Assembly (NCBI GenBank): GCA_016213365.1
Contig: JACRAP010000016.1
Span: forward strand, 1 to 54,356
DNA from: Candidatus Berkelbacteria bacterium
GTDB lineage: Bacteria > Patescibacteriota > UBA1384 > 2-12-FULL-50-11
Length of the DNA stretch: 54,356 bases
Direction: 5' to 3'
Shown here piece by piece: positions 1 to 9,546 of this stretch. The translations under genes and the position numbers were made by a program. The stretch's first letter is position 1, and each line of letters begins with the position of its first letter. The notes under the pieces are model-generated. The model saw nothing but the letters and a program-made list of their open reading frames with translations, had not been told where the DNA came from and did no database searches.

Positions 1-1393
1 TGCGGATAAATCGGTTGAAGAAAGTCGGGAGCGAATCCGCTCGGCGTTAAAGTTCAACAACTTTAATTTTCCGTTAAGTAGAATTACCGTAAACTTATCG
101 CCGTCTAATATTAAAAAAACTGGCATTCACTTTGATCTGCCGATCGCACTGGCAATCCTTACCTCCAACGAACAGTTGAAACTAACAGATCGTGCCAGTA
201 AAACAGTTTTTATCGGCGGCTTATCGCTCGACGGCGAATTACAGCCGGTACCGGGGGTGTTAGTAATGGTTGACTGGGCAAAAAGTAACGGCATAACAGA
301 AATTGTAATTCCAAAAAATAATTTAGCGGAGGCGTCGTTAATTAGTGGAGTTAATATATATGCGTTAAAAAACTTTAGCGAAGTAATGGAATATATAGAA
401 GCTGAATCAATAAGTCCGTCGTTAATCGAGCGAAAATACGAACAAGAAAACTACGACGAAGATTGGTTGCAAATAAAATCACAACAATTAGCGAAACGTT
501 CGGCGGTAATCGCGGCAACTGGAGGGCACAATTTACTTTTAAGCGGTCCGCCGGGTGCCGGAAAGTCGTTAATTGCAAAGGGGTTAAGGGCGCTGTTGCC
601 ACAATTAACGGAAGCTGAATTAATTGAAGTTGTAAAAATTCACAGCATAAGCTCGCTACTAAAACAATCAATTACCATTAACACCGCTCCCCCGTTTCGA
701 TCACCGCATCATACCGCCAGTTATGCGTCTATTATTGGCGGTGGGGCGCAAGCAAAACCTGGCGAAATATCACTAGCACACCGAGGGGTTTTACTTTTAG
801 ACGAACTTCCGGAATTTTCTCGGCAAGTTTTGGAAACGCTACGTCAGCCGCTAGAAGACGGGACGGTTAACGTCTCGCGAATGGCAGTAAATTCCCAGTA
901 CCCGTGTAATTTTATATTGGTTGCAACGATGAACCCCTGTCCGTGTGGGTGGCTGGGAAGCGATCAAAAAGAGTGCGTTTGTACAATAAATCAAATTAAT
1001 TTGTATTCAAAGAGAATTAGTGGCCCACTGCTGGATCGAATAGATTTATGCGTTAGGGTTAACGCGTTAAAAATTGCCGAATTAGGCGTTGAAGCTCGAG
1101 AGAATAATTTAAGCGAAATTAAAGCGTTAATTATTAAAGCCAGAGAGCGACAGCTTAAAAGAAATAACGGTAAGTTGAATGCGCATCTGTCAGCCAGCGA
1201 AATTAAAAAACTCTGTCGACTAGACGATAATGCGCAAAAATTTATCGAAAAAGCGAGCGAGAAAATCGTTTTAACTGGTAGAACTTACAGTAAAATTATT
1301 AAAACTGCTCGAACGATCGCCGATTTGAATAATTGCCAGCAGATTACGATTAAAGAGATTTCAGAAGCGCTCCAATACAGATTTATCGATTAG
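1..1393 (+). CDS. comM: ComM/YifB Mg-chelatase-like AAA+ ATPase (5' partial, starts before the window)
   Basis: Frame is open from base 2 (ADKSVEESRERIRSAL...RITVNLSP...HFDLPIA); Walker A GPPGAGKS, PFRSPHH, PGEISLAHRGVLLLDE, MNPCPCG, SGPLLDRID motifs. Confidence 0.95.
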   Translation, partial: ADKSVEESRERIRSALKFNNFNFPLSRITVNLSPSNIKKTGIHFDLPIALAILTSNEQLKLTDRASKTVFIGGLSLDGELQPVPGVLVMVDWAKSNGITEIVIPKNNLAEASLISGVNIYALKNFSEVMEYIEAESISPSLIERKYEQENYDEDWLQIKSQQLAKRSAVIAATGGHNLLLSGPPGAGKSLIAKGLRALLPQLTEAELIEVVKIHSISSLLKQSITINTAPPFRSPHHTASYASIIGGGAQAKPGEISLAHRGVLLLDELPEFSRQVLETLRQPLEDGTVNVSRMAVNSQYPCNFILVATMNPCPCGWLGSDQKECVCTINQINLYSKRISGPLLDRIDLCVRVNALKIAELGVEARENNLSEIKALIIKARERQLKRNNGKLNAHLSASEIKKLCRLDDNAQKFIEKASEKIVLTGRTYSKIIKTARTIADLNNCQQITIKEISEALQYRFID

Positions 1394-1665
1394 CCAAGGC
1401 GTAGGTAGTTATAAATTTTATCACCAAATTGTTCTAAATATGGAAAACGGCTGTCGATTGTTATAGCTAGCACAAATAATAATGCAATTACGGCGATGTG
1501 CATTACCGTTGATTTTAATTCCTTACCGACGTGTTGTTGCGTTTTGATAGTTTGTGGTTGCTCGGATTTTGTTTCGGACTTTTTAGGGGATTCGGTAAAT
1601 GAAATAGATGCCCTGCCTTGCAACAGCTCGTTTTTAAGTTGTTTTTTGTTTAATATCTGTGCCAT
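1390..1665 (-). CDS. small hypothetical membrane protein
   Basis: 91-aa ORF with ATG start and one C-terminal hydrophobic helix; stop overlaps the comM stop. Confidence 0.6.
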   Translation of the reverse strand: MAQILNKKQLKNELLQGRASISFTESPKKSETKSEQPQTIKTQQHVGKELKSTVMHIAVIALLFVLAITIDSRFPYLEQFGDKIYNYLRLG

Positions 1666-1735
1666 TTCAAGGCAATATTATGTTAATTTTATTCTTTACA
1701 CAAGATAGAGTTAAAGATAAAATATAGTTTGTTTT

Positions 1736-1807
1736 GCGGCGGTAGTTCAGTGGTAGAACGCTTCCTTGCCAAGGAAGAGGTCGCCGGTTCGAACCCGGTT
1801 CGCCGCT
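1736..1807 (+). tRNA. tRNA-Gly(GCC)
   Basis: Cloverleaf GCGGCGG...TCGCCGC; anticodon arm TTCC-TT-GCC-AA-GGAA; GGTTCGAACC T-arm; CCA not encoded. Confidence 0.97.
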
Positions 1808-1836
1808 CAAAAAAAATGGGACGCTAGGGTATTTCC

Positions 1837-2205
1837 CTAAGCGTCCCCCAACATGAGACGGAGATTAGTGCAGATTTGGTGGTCTGCTAAAACGCGTACG
1901 AGCCGATCGATGCCGGTGTAGTGCGATCGAAACCGCATGTGGCGATCAGAGACTTTTGCGTCCCGTTTCACGCCCCACTTACCATCTTTATATCCCAAAA
2001 TGATCGTTAGTCTTGATGGCTTATTTCGCGCATCAAGATCCTTCAACTCCTCTGGAATTCGAACAAAGACAGAGATTCCGTCCCTATTCATTAAGGTGGT
2101 AATTCCGTCGATCTCAAGATCTGCAATTTTCTGAGAAAGCTCCCAGTGTAGTTTCTCAACACCCGGAACCGGCAATCTTCCCTCCACAACTCCCTGTACA
2201 ATCAA
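1837..2205 (-). CDS. hypothetical protein (orphan between two tRNAs)
   Basis: 122-aa ORF; TTG start preceded by AAGGAGG at 5-nt spacing. Confidence 0.7.
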   Translation of the reverse strand: MIVQGVVEGRLPVPGVEKLHWELSQKIADLEIDGITTLMNRDGISVFVRIPEELKDLDARNKPSRLTIILGYKDGKWGVKRDAKVSDRHMRFRSHYTGIDRLVRVLADHQICTNLRLMLGDA

Positions 2206-2328
2206 GGTTTCCTCCTTGCCAATGAGACACTGCCCTCATCGACCAAGCGCTAATATTACCTTAAACCCGGAAAAAAGCAAGGTCAAGACCCTCGTTTTTT
2301 ATTACTTTTACAGGTAGAATATAACAGT

Positions 2329-2399
2329 GGCCACGTGACCGAGCGGCTAGGTAGCGGTCTGCAAAACCGCGTAGACCGGTTCAACTCCGGTCGTGGCCT
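2329..2399 (+). tRNA. tRNA-Cys(GCA)
   Basis: GGCCACG...CGTGGCC-T; anticodon arm GCGGT-CT-GCA-AA-ACCGC; TAGAAT -10 upstream. Confidence 0.97.
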
Positions 2400-2407
2400 C
2401 GATAAAA

Positions 2408-2436
2408 TTGACCAAATTCCCTAAAAGAGGTAGAAT
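2408..2436 (+). promoter_or_regulatory. sigma70-type promoter of secG
   Basis: TTGACC-N17-TAGAAT, 9 nt before the ATG. Confidence 0.7.
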
Positions 2437-2445
2437 TTTTGCTAC

Positions 2446-2661
2446 ATGACAGCCATATTACAAGTTAGCCAGGTTGTATCGGCAGTATTAATTATTATTT
2501 CTATCCTGCTTCAGCACAGAGGTACTGGTATTGGTGGTGCCTTTGGCGGCGAAGATATGTCTTATCGCAGTCGTAGGGGAATAGAGTCGTTGCTTTTTAA
2601 ATCCACAATTTTATTTGTGGCAGTATTTTTGGTTGTTTCGATCGCCCAATTATTTGTTTAA
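2446..2661 (+). CDS. secG: preprotein translocase subunit SecG
   Basis: Two TM helices with the ILLQ..G.GIGGAFGG and RRG.E motifs. Confidence 0.95.
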   Translation: MTAILQVSQVVSAVLIIISILLQHRGTGIGGAFGGEDMSYRSRRGIESLLFKSTILFVAVFLVVSIAQLFV

Positions 2662-3951
2662 ATGTCATTTTCTAGTTTTTTGCGACAATTTGCACGTGGG
2701 ATTAATAAGCACGAAAAAGGATTACTAGCGCTACTCTCGGTAGTAATTGTAATTAGCGGTACTTTTTGGCTACGCGAGTTTTCAACCAGTGAAAGCAATA
2801 ATCCGTCCGTTGGTGGCACTTATATCGAAGGAATTGTCGGTAGCTCAACCGACGTAGAAACCATCGCCGCTCGAATAACTAAAGTCGGCTTATTTAAGTT
2901 TAATCGAGATGGTGAACTGGAGAATGTTTTAGTTGAGTCTTGGAACGTCAATCAAAACAAAACCCAATACACGTTCAAATTAAAGAGTGAGGTAGACGTC
3001 CAGGAAATTAAAACCGACATCGATGCTAATTACGAAGTGTTTGGGCAGATCGAATCGGAGGTTAAAGACTCGACGCTAATATTAAACTCAACCGACCCAA
3101 GCCCAAATATTCCCTTAATTCTCGCTCAACCGCTATTCGACTACGGCGCGTACAAATTAAATAAAACCACCGACTCAACTACAATTTTAACCAGAAATAA
3201 TCGCTCTGGGGCGCTCGGCGCATTTATTAATAAAATAATTATTCACAACTATCAGTCCAAAGAAGAGCTTCAGCTTGCGATTGATCGAAAAAAAGTTGAC
3301 GGCACCAGTAATAACTTGGAATTAAATTATCCGCCAAATTTCATAAAAAAAGAGATCGCACTACCGCAGTATTACGCCCTAGTATTTAACGTTAATAAAG
3401 CGCCGTTTAAGAGCTTGGATTATCGCCGCCAAGCATTCACTAATAGCTTTTCTAAAAAAATTCCGTTTACCTTAACCGTTACCGATCAAGTTAACCAAAT
3501 TGAATTAGCCGAACAGTTGATAAAAGACTGGGCCAAAGCGGGGGTAAACGTAAAACTAAATAAACAAAGTATTGAAGATATTCAAACCAGTATCGCTCCT
3601 TCGCGAAATTTCGAGGCAATGATAACTGGGATTAGTTATGGCTACGAGCTGGATCCGTATTATCTATGGCATTCCTCGCAAGTACTTCCGCCCGGTAACA
3701 ATTTTTCTGGCATAAATAACACCGATATTAATATCAGAATTGAAAAAATTAGAAATACTTATAACGTTATTAGTCGCTACGCTCAAATTGACGAATTACA
3801 TAAACAACTCGGTGGTTTGGGGGTTTTGAAAATTTTGGATCGCAGTAAGGAAATATTTGCCGTATCGGACGCCATTAGATTTGTTCCACCAACAGTTGCG
3901 GTGTCGCCGATCGACCATTGGTACGCGCTAAGTGAGTGGTCTGTTAAGTAA
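2662..3951 (+). CDS. ABC transporter family-5 (peptide/nickel-type) substrate-binding protein, short
   Basis: N-terminal TM anchor, GGTYIEGIVG, ESWNVN...YTFKLK and DPYYLWHSSQ...NFSG motifs. Confidence 0.8.
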   Translation: MSFSSFLRQFARGINKHEKGLLALLSVVIVISGTFWLREFSTSESNNPSVGGTYIEGIVGSSTDVETIAARITKVGLFKFNRDGELENVLVESWNVNQNKTQYTFKLKSEVDVQEIKTDIDANYEVFGQIESEVKDSTLILNSTDPSPNIPLILAQPLFDYGAYKLNKTTDSTTILTRNNRSGALGAFINKIIIHNYQSKEELQLAIDRKKVDGTSNNLELNYPPNFIKKEIALPQYYALVFNVNKAPFKSLDYRRQAFTNSFSKKIPFTLTVTDQVNQIELAEQLIKDWAKAGVNVKLNKQSIEDIQTSIAPSRNFEAMITGISYGYELDPYYLWHSSQVLPPGNNFSGINNTDINIRIEKIRNTYNVISRYAQIDELHKQLGGLGVLKILDRSKEIFAVSDAIRFVPPTVAVSPIDHWYALSEWSVK

Positions 3952-3975
3952 GATCGTGGTAAAATTAACAGAGTC

Positions 3976-4058
3976 GCCGGGATGGTGAAACGGTAGACAC
4001 GCTGGCTTCAGGTGTCAGTGAGCGCAAGCTCGTGTGGGTTCAACTCCCACTTCCGGCA
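3976..4058 (+). tRNA. tRNA-Leu(CAG)
   Basis: Type II tRNA; anticodon arm CTGGC-TT-CAG-GT-GTCAG; variable arm GAGC-GCAA-GCTC. Confidence 0.97.
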
Positions 4059-4090
4059 CTTCGACTCACTGCGTTCGCTCAGTGTAAACA
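4059..4090 (+). repeat. REP-like element after tRNA-Leu(CAG)
   Basis: CTTCGACTCACTGCGTTCGCTCAGTG; the core ACTCACT(G/A)CGTTCG recurs at 52364. Confidence 0.6.
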
Positions 4091-4120
4091 CAAGGTGAAG
4101 AGCTAGTAAGATAAATTTAT

Positions 4121-4204
4121 GCGCGAGTGGTGAAACTGGTATACACGCAGCCTTGAGGTGGCTGTGGGAGCAATCCCGTGGAGGTTCAAGTCCTCTCTCG
4201 CGCA
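4121..4204 (+). tRNA. tRNA-Leu(GAG)
   Basis: GCGCGAG...CTCGCGC-A; anticodon arm CAGCC-TT-GAG-GT-GGCTG; variable arm GGGA-GCAA-TCCC. Confidence 0.97.
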
Positions 4205-4383
4205 CTAATTTAGACCCCAAATTGGGGTCTAAATTAGTGCCTGAAATAAGTTGAACCGATTGCCGATAGGCAACTGGTTCAACTGCGAGTTTGCCACAGG
4301 CAAACGAGAAGTCGAGTCCGTATGGACGAGAAATCCGAATTCGCGCACTAATTAACGAGAAATCCGAACTCGCGTACTAATCC
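4198..4383 (+). repeat. multi-hairpin cassette bounded by copies of the tRNA-Leu 3' end
   Basis: TCGCGCACTAATT at 4198 and 4341, degenerate copy at 4370; 17-bp perfect hairpin at 4202-4240 plus three further hairpins. Confidence 0.85.
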
Positions 4384-4419
4384 TTGCACTATTTACATCT
4401 ACTCTATTAAATCAATACA

Positions 4420-5742
4420 ATGCCTATGGTTATGAAAAAACTCATCCCCAAGCAATTAATATTGTTTTATCATTATTTAACAGCTTTACTTGCCGCATTT
4501 TACTATCGGTTCCCCTCAAAAAAAATGATCGTAATCGGTGTAACCGGCACCAAAGGCAAAACCTCAACCATTAACTTTATCTGGTCGTGCTTAACTAGCG
4601 CTGGCAATAAAGTTGGAATAATCAGCACCGCCAATATCAGAATCGGCCACAAAGAAGTACTGAACAAATACCATATGACGATGCCAGGGCGTTTTACAAT
4701 CCAAAAACTAATGAAGCAAATGCTTAACGAGGGCTGTAAATTTTGTATCGTTGAAACAACATCCGAGGGAATAAAACAATTCCGTCATATCGGTATTTAT
4801 TACGATATCGCTGTATTTACAAATTTAACGCCGGAGCATTTAGATTCGCACGGCGGAAGTTTTGAAAAGTATAAACAAACGAAAGCTAAAATGTTTAGCG
4901 CCCTTTCAAAACACCGAAAAATTATCGATGGAAAATTAGTTGAGAAAGTTATCGTCGCCAACGCCGACGACGAGCACGCAAAATACTATTTAAAATTTTC
5001 TTCCGATAAAAAAATCACTTTTTCCCTTAGCGAATCTACTGCGGATGTTGTTGCTAAAAATATAAACGAAACAAAAGATGAAGTTGCTTTTGAGGTTGGT
5101 GATAGTAAATTCAAAATCAAAATACTCGGTAAATTTAATGTATATAACGCCCTTCCGGCGATTATTATTGCACGATTATTTAACGCAAAGGATAAACAAA
5201 TTGAGAATGGCTTAAAAGAACTTACTAAGATTCCGGGACGAATGGAGTTTATTGATAACGATCGAGATTTTTCGGTAATTGTTGATTACGCGCACGAGAA
5301 AGTAAGTTTAACAAACGTACTTGAAGTTGCAAAAAACTTAAAAAAACCAAATTCAAAAATTATTTTATTACTTGGCGCCGAAGGCGGTGGCAGGGACAAA
5401 AGTAAGCGACCGATTATGGGCGAGATCGCTGCTAAAAACGCGGATGTTGTAATTGTTTCCAACGTCGATCCGTACGACGATAAGGCACAACAAATAATTG
5501 AAGATATCGCAGTTTCAGCAGAAAAATTCGGCAAAGTTAGAGATAAAGACATATTTACGATCGAAGATCGACGTTCTGGTATCAATAAAGCATTAAGTTT
5601 AGCAAAATCAGGCGATATAGTTTTAATTACCGGCAAAGGCGCTGAACAATCACTGGTAATAGGTGGCAAAAAAATCCAGTGGGACGATCGTACGGTAACC
5701 AGAGAAGAGCTTGAAAAACTAAGCAAAGCTCGACATTCTTAA
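4420..5742 (+). CDS. murE: UDP-N-acetylmuramyl-tripeptide synthetase (MurE-type Mur ligase)
   Basis: GVTGTKGKTST P-loop, FTNLTPEHLDSHG, PGRME, VDYAH, GGGRDKSKRPIMG and LITGKG motifs. Confidence 0.92.
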   Translation: MPMVMKKLIPKQLILFYHYLTALLAAFYYRFPSKKMIVIGVTGTKGKTSTINFIWSCLTSAGNKVGIISTANIRIGHKEVLNKYHMTMPGRFTIQKLMKQMLNEGCKFCIVETTSEGIKQFRHIGIYYDIAVFTNLTPEHLDSHGGSFEKYKQTKAKMFSALSKHRKIIDGKLVEKVIVANADDEHAKYYLKFSSDKKITFSLSESTADVVAKNINETKDEVAFEVGDSKFKIKILGKFNVYNALPAIIIARLFNAKDKQIENGLKELTKIPGRMEFIDNDRDFSVIVDYAHEKVSLTNVLEVAKNLKKPNSKIILLLGAEGGGRDKSKRPIMGEIAAKNADVVIVSNVDPYDDKAQQIIEDIAVSAEKFGKVRDKDIFTIEDRRSGINKALSLAKSGDIVLITGKGAEQSLVIGGKKIQWDDRTVTREELEKLSKARHS

Positions 5743-5768
5743 TATTCCTCTGATACACTTCTAATAGG

Positions 5769-6530
5769 ATGAACCGAGGTAAAAGAATAGTAATTTTCAG
5801 TTTGCTTGTCTTGGTAACTATTGGAATTCTGGTTTTTCTTTTAGGACCAGGACTTTTTGCTAGCGTTGCCTATCCCCTGCCAGAGAAATATAAAGGTTCG
5901 ATCGCTAAATGGACCAAAGAATACTGCACCGGAATTAGTGATTCGGCACACTTGTTGTCTGGTTTAATTATGGCCGAGAGCGGTTGGCGCGAGGGCGCTG
6001 CTTCTTACGCTGGGGCAATTGGAATGACGCAATTTATCCCCTCAACTGCTGTTGCCGTAGCCGGTCGGCTTGGTATTTCGCCGTTTACGCCAAGTGATTT
6101 AACTAGAGATTCAGATCTTTCTATTAGATTTGGTGCTTATTATATCTGTACTCGAATTAAAGATTACGGCGGAAACGTTAAGCTGGGCTTAATTGCCTAT
6201 AACGGCGGCGGCGGGGCGGTAAATGCGTACCTAGCTGGCACACCCGTAAGTGGTACTGTTGGCTACGCCGATAAGGTTATGCGTCTACAAAGAGCTTACA
6301 AAAGCATCTACGGCGATTGGTGGCGCGATCCCAAGTACGGCGGCGAGCCGATCAATCCAAACGAGCCGTTCGACGTTTTTCCTAAAACCGAAACTTCAGT
6401 AGTTGGAAGCATTTCGATTATTGACTTTTGGCAGGGGTTATTATCTAATGACGATGCGCCCGAAACGGCCGCAACAGAAGAACCGATTAATATTTTCAAT
6501 TTTTGGAAGATATTTATTCCAGGGCAGTAA
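5769..6530 (+). CDS. membrane-anchored lytic transglycosylase (SLT domain)
   Basis: N-terminal TM; catalytic AES, GAIGMTQFIPST and AYNGG motifs. Confidence 0.9.
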   Translation: MNRGKRIVIFSLLVLVTIGILVFLLGPGLFASVAYPLPEKYKGSIAKWTKEYCTGISDSAHLLSGLIMAESGWREGAASYAGAIGMTQFIPSTAVAVAGRLGISPFTPSDLTRDSDLSIRFGAYYICTRIKDYGGNVKLGLIAYNGGGGAVNAYLAGTPVSGTVGYADKVMRLQRAYKSIYGDWWRDPKYGGEPINPNEPFDVFPKTETSVVGSISIIDFWQGLLSNDDAPETAATEEPINIFNFWKIFIPGQ

Positions 6531-6532
6531 TT

Positions 6533-8260
6533 ATGGAAATTATAGAGTTACGAAGGAGATTTTTAGAATTTTTTGAGCAAAAGGGCTACCAAAAGGTCGG
6601 GCCGTCTTCTTTAATACCTCAAAACGACGCTTCGGTATTATTTACAACGGCGGGAATGCAACAATTTAAAGACTTTTATTCTAGTCCAGATTTATCGCCG
6701 TCGCCGAAACTGACAACGGTTCAGCCGGTTATTAGAACCAGCGACATTTCTGAAGTTGGAGACGACACGCACTTAACCAGTTTTGAGATGCTGGGCAATT
6801 TTCGCTTTGGCGAGAAAGATTCGTTTGAAATGAAAAAAATCGCCATAACTGAGGCGTGGGAGTTTATTAATAACACTTTGGGCGTACCGGCAAGTAGGGT
6901 ATACGCGACAGTATTTAAAGATGATGGCTGGGGAGTAAGTGACGACGAAGAGTCTGAAAAAATTTGGAGAGAATTAGGGGTTGAAGTTAAAAAGGCAGGT
7001 AAGGAAGACAATTTTTGGGGGCCAACTGGCGAGGAAGGTCCGTGCGGTCCGACCACCGAAATATATATTGACGGCGTAGAGGTATGGAATTTAGTTTTTA
7101 ATCAGTATTATAAAAAGGTTACTACAGCTGAAACTGCAGGAATAGCCGGTTCAACGGAGGCGGGAGAATATGTAGCGTTAACTCAACAAGGCCTCGATAC
7201 CGGCTCCGGTTTGGAACGCTTAGCCGCAACACTACAAGGCAAAAAATCGGTTTGGGAGATCGAGCCGTTTGCAACTTGGGTGCACTACACCGATCCGACG
7301 ATGCCGCGCCAAAGTCGGATAATTATCGATCACTTACGGGCGATTATTTTCATTGTGAGTGCTGGTATACTACCTGGCAACAAAGGCCGAGAGTATATTT
7401 TACGACGTTTAATTCGTAAAGCGGTTTTCTTAGTCGATCAACTGTCGGTTAGTTTTGCTTGGGACGACGCGATCAAACATATGTCTGCTTATTATCGTGA
7501 TTTTTACCAAATATGCGACGACGAAGAGACGCTGGATGTGATTTTTAACGAAAAAGCCCAGTTCGAGAAAAATATTATTAAAGCCAAGCATTATTTAGAA
7601 AAATGGTTACAACAAAACGTCAGCCCTAGTAGCGAAGAAATAACTAAACTTGCCTTTTATATGTACGAATCGTTTGGTTTTCCAAAAGAATTAGTGATCG
7701 AGCACTTAAGTTCGCTTAGCTACACAGTCGATAACGAATATTTTAGTAATTTATTTTTAGAGCACCAAAAAATTTCCAGATCAGGAATGGAAGGTCAGTT
7801 TAAAGGCGGCTTGGTTGATCATAGCGAGCAAACGATTAAACATCATACCGCTCATCACCTACTACTTGCGGCCTTACGGCAAGTATTGGGAAAAAATGTT
7901 GTCCAAAAAGGATCAAACGTTAGTAGCGAGCGACTGCGAATCGATTTTAATTTCGATCGAAAACTTACCGAGGAAGAACTAAAAGAAATCGAAGAAATTG
8001 TTAACCAAAAAATTAAGGAAGATTTACCGGTAGAGCACAAAGAAATGCCTAAAGAAGAAGCGCTCTCGCTTGGTGCGCAAGCCGAATTCGGCGCAAAATA
8101 CGGCGACGTAGTTTCGGTATACTCGATCGGTGATTTTTCGCTGGAACTTTGCGGCGGACCGCATGTAGACAGAACCGGCCAGTTAGGCCGGTTCGAAATC
8201 CTGAAGGAAGAGGCGTCCAGTCAGGGTGTACGTAGAATAAAAGCAAAATTATATAATTAA
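6533..8260 (+). CDS. alaS: alanine--tRNA ligase, short form lacking the C-Ala domain
   Basis: LFTTAGMQQFK, HLTSFEMLGNF, GPCGP, DTGSGLER; editing motifs HTAHH and ELCGGPH; ATG at 6533 preferred over TTG at 6503. Confidence 0.97.
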   Translation: MEIIELRRRFLEFFEQKGYQKVGPSSLIPQNDASVLFTTAGMQQFKDFYSSPDLSPSPKLTTVQPVIRTSDISEVGDDTHLTSFEMLGNFRFGEKDSFEMKKIAITEAWEFINNTLGVPASRVYATVFKDDGWGVSDDEESEKIWRELGVEVKKAGKEDNFWGPTGEEGPCGPTTEIYIDGVEVWNLVFNQYYKKVTTAETAGIAGSTEAGEYVALTQQGLDTGSGLERLAATLQGKKSVWEIEPFATWVHYTDPTMPRQSRIIIDHLRAIIFIVSAGILPGNKGREYILRRLIRKAVFLVDQLSVSFAWDDAIKHMSAYYRDFYQICDDEETLDVIFNEKAQFEKNIIKAKHYLEKWLQQNVSPSSEEITKLAFYMYESFGFPKELVIEHLSSLSYTVDNEYFSNLFLEHQKISRSGMEGQFKGGLVDHSEQTIKHHTAHHLLLAALRQVLGKNVVQKGSNVSSERLRIDFNFDRKLTEEELKEIEEIVNQKIKEDLPVEHKEMPKEEALSLGAQAEFGAKYGDVVSVYSIGDFSLELCGGPHVDRTGQLGRFEILKEEASSQGVRRIKAKLYN

Positions 8261-8301
8261 CATTGTTTAAACCTGATTTAACTGCTATCTTTTAAAGGAC
8301 A

Positions 8302-9546
8302 ATGAAACTTTTTGGAGGGAAAAAACGTTCCAGTAATTGGGCTATCTCACTCGATATCGGTACCGAATTTGTAAAAGCGTTAATTTTTGAAGTTATTGGA
8401 GGCGTTGGCTACGTTCGCGGCGTTGGTCGAGCCAGACAGCGTTTAAGCGATATGGCTGGCGGTGGCGTAACCGATATTCACGGCGTCGCCCAAAACTGCG
8501 AAACAGCGATCGAACAAGCACTGCAACAATCAAAATTTTTACCGACAAAGGTGATCGTTGGTATCGCCGGTGAGCTTGTAAAAGGTACCACCAACTCAAT
8601 TAAAGTTACTCGTAGTGCCCCAACAACTCAAATTCAAATCACAGAATTACAAGATATCGTCAATAAAGTTCAGGCCGAATCTTTCAAGCGCGCTCGCGCC
8701 GAACTTGCCGCTGAAACAGGGCAAGAATTAATTGACGTTGAATTGGTTAACGCGGCGATTGTGTCTGTTACAATCGACGGCTATAAAGTTTCAAACCCCC
8801 TAAGTTATCAGGGTAAAGAATTATCGGTTGGTGTATACAATTCTTTTGCGCCGATCGTTCAGCTGGGCGCGATCGAAACCGTTGTTCGCGAACTGGGTTT
8901 AGAGTTAATCGCCGTTACTGCCGAGCCGTACGCGGTGGCGCGTTGTTTAAACGAAGAGTCAACAGATTTTGCGGCGATATTTATTGATATTGGCGGCGGC
9001 ACCACAGACGTGGCGGTTGTGCGTAACGGTGGGGTTGAAGGAACGAAAATGTTCGCTCTTGGCGGTCGGGCATTTACGAAAAGAATTTCACTTGCTCTAG
9101 GCGAGTCTTTTGCCGAAGCCGAAAAATCCAAATTATCTTACTCAGCCGGAACGCTTGAAGCAGAGAAAGCCCAACTGGTTAAACACGCTTTAGCATCAGA
9201 TACAAAGGTTTGGCTCTCGGCGCTACAAATTTCTTTAGAAGATTTCGGCGCAACAGATTTATTGCCATCAAAAATACTACTTTGCGGCGGCGGTAGTAAC
9301 CTACCAGAAATAATGCAAATATTAAGAACGAGCGAGTGGGCAAAAGAATTACCGTTTGCCAAAACCCCAGAAGTTCAATTTATTAAGCCCAGCGATGTCG
9401 CTTCAATGCGCGACGAAACCGGTATGCTTAAAAATATAGACGAGGTTACACCGCTTGCGCTTGCAAATGTGGCCTTAGACTTATTGGGTAATTCGGGTAT
9501 CCTAGAAACAGTTATGCGTAAAGCGATCGAAGGAATAAAGAAATAA
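8302..9546 (+). CDS. FtsA-like actin-family ATPase
   Basis: LDIGTEFVK, AEPYA, IDIGGGTTD and LCGGGSNL actin-fold motifs; no ftsZ adjacent. Confidence 0.85.
   Translation: MKLFGGKKRSSNWAISLDIGTEFVKALIFEVIGGVGYVRGVGRARQRLSDMAGGGVTDIHGVAQNCETAIEQALQQSKFLPTKVIVGIAGELVKGTTNSIKVTRSAPTTQIQITELQDIVNKVQAESFKRARAELAAETGQELIDVELVNAAIVSVTIDGYKVSNPLSYQGKELSVGVYNSFAPIVQLGAIETVVRELGLELIAVTAEPYAVARCLNEESTDFAAIFIDIGGGTTDVAVVRNGGVEGTKMFALGGRAFTKRISLALGESFAEAEKSKLSYSAGTLEAEKAQLVKHALASDTKVWLSALQISLEDFGATDLLPSKILLCGGGSNLPEIMQILRTSEWAKELPFAKTPEVQFIKPSDVASMRDETGMLKNIDEVTPLALANVALDLLGNSGILETVMRKAIEGIKK

Noticed and set aside
4008-4220. 70-aa minus-strand ORF
   Set aside because: Antisense to two tRNA-Leu genes; spurious
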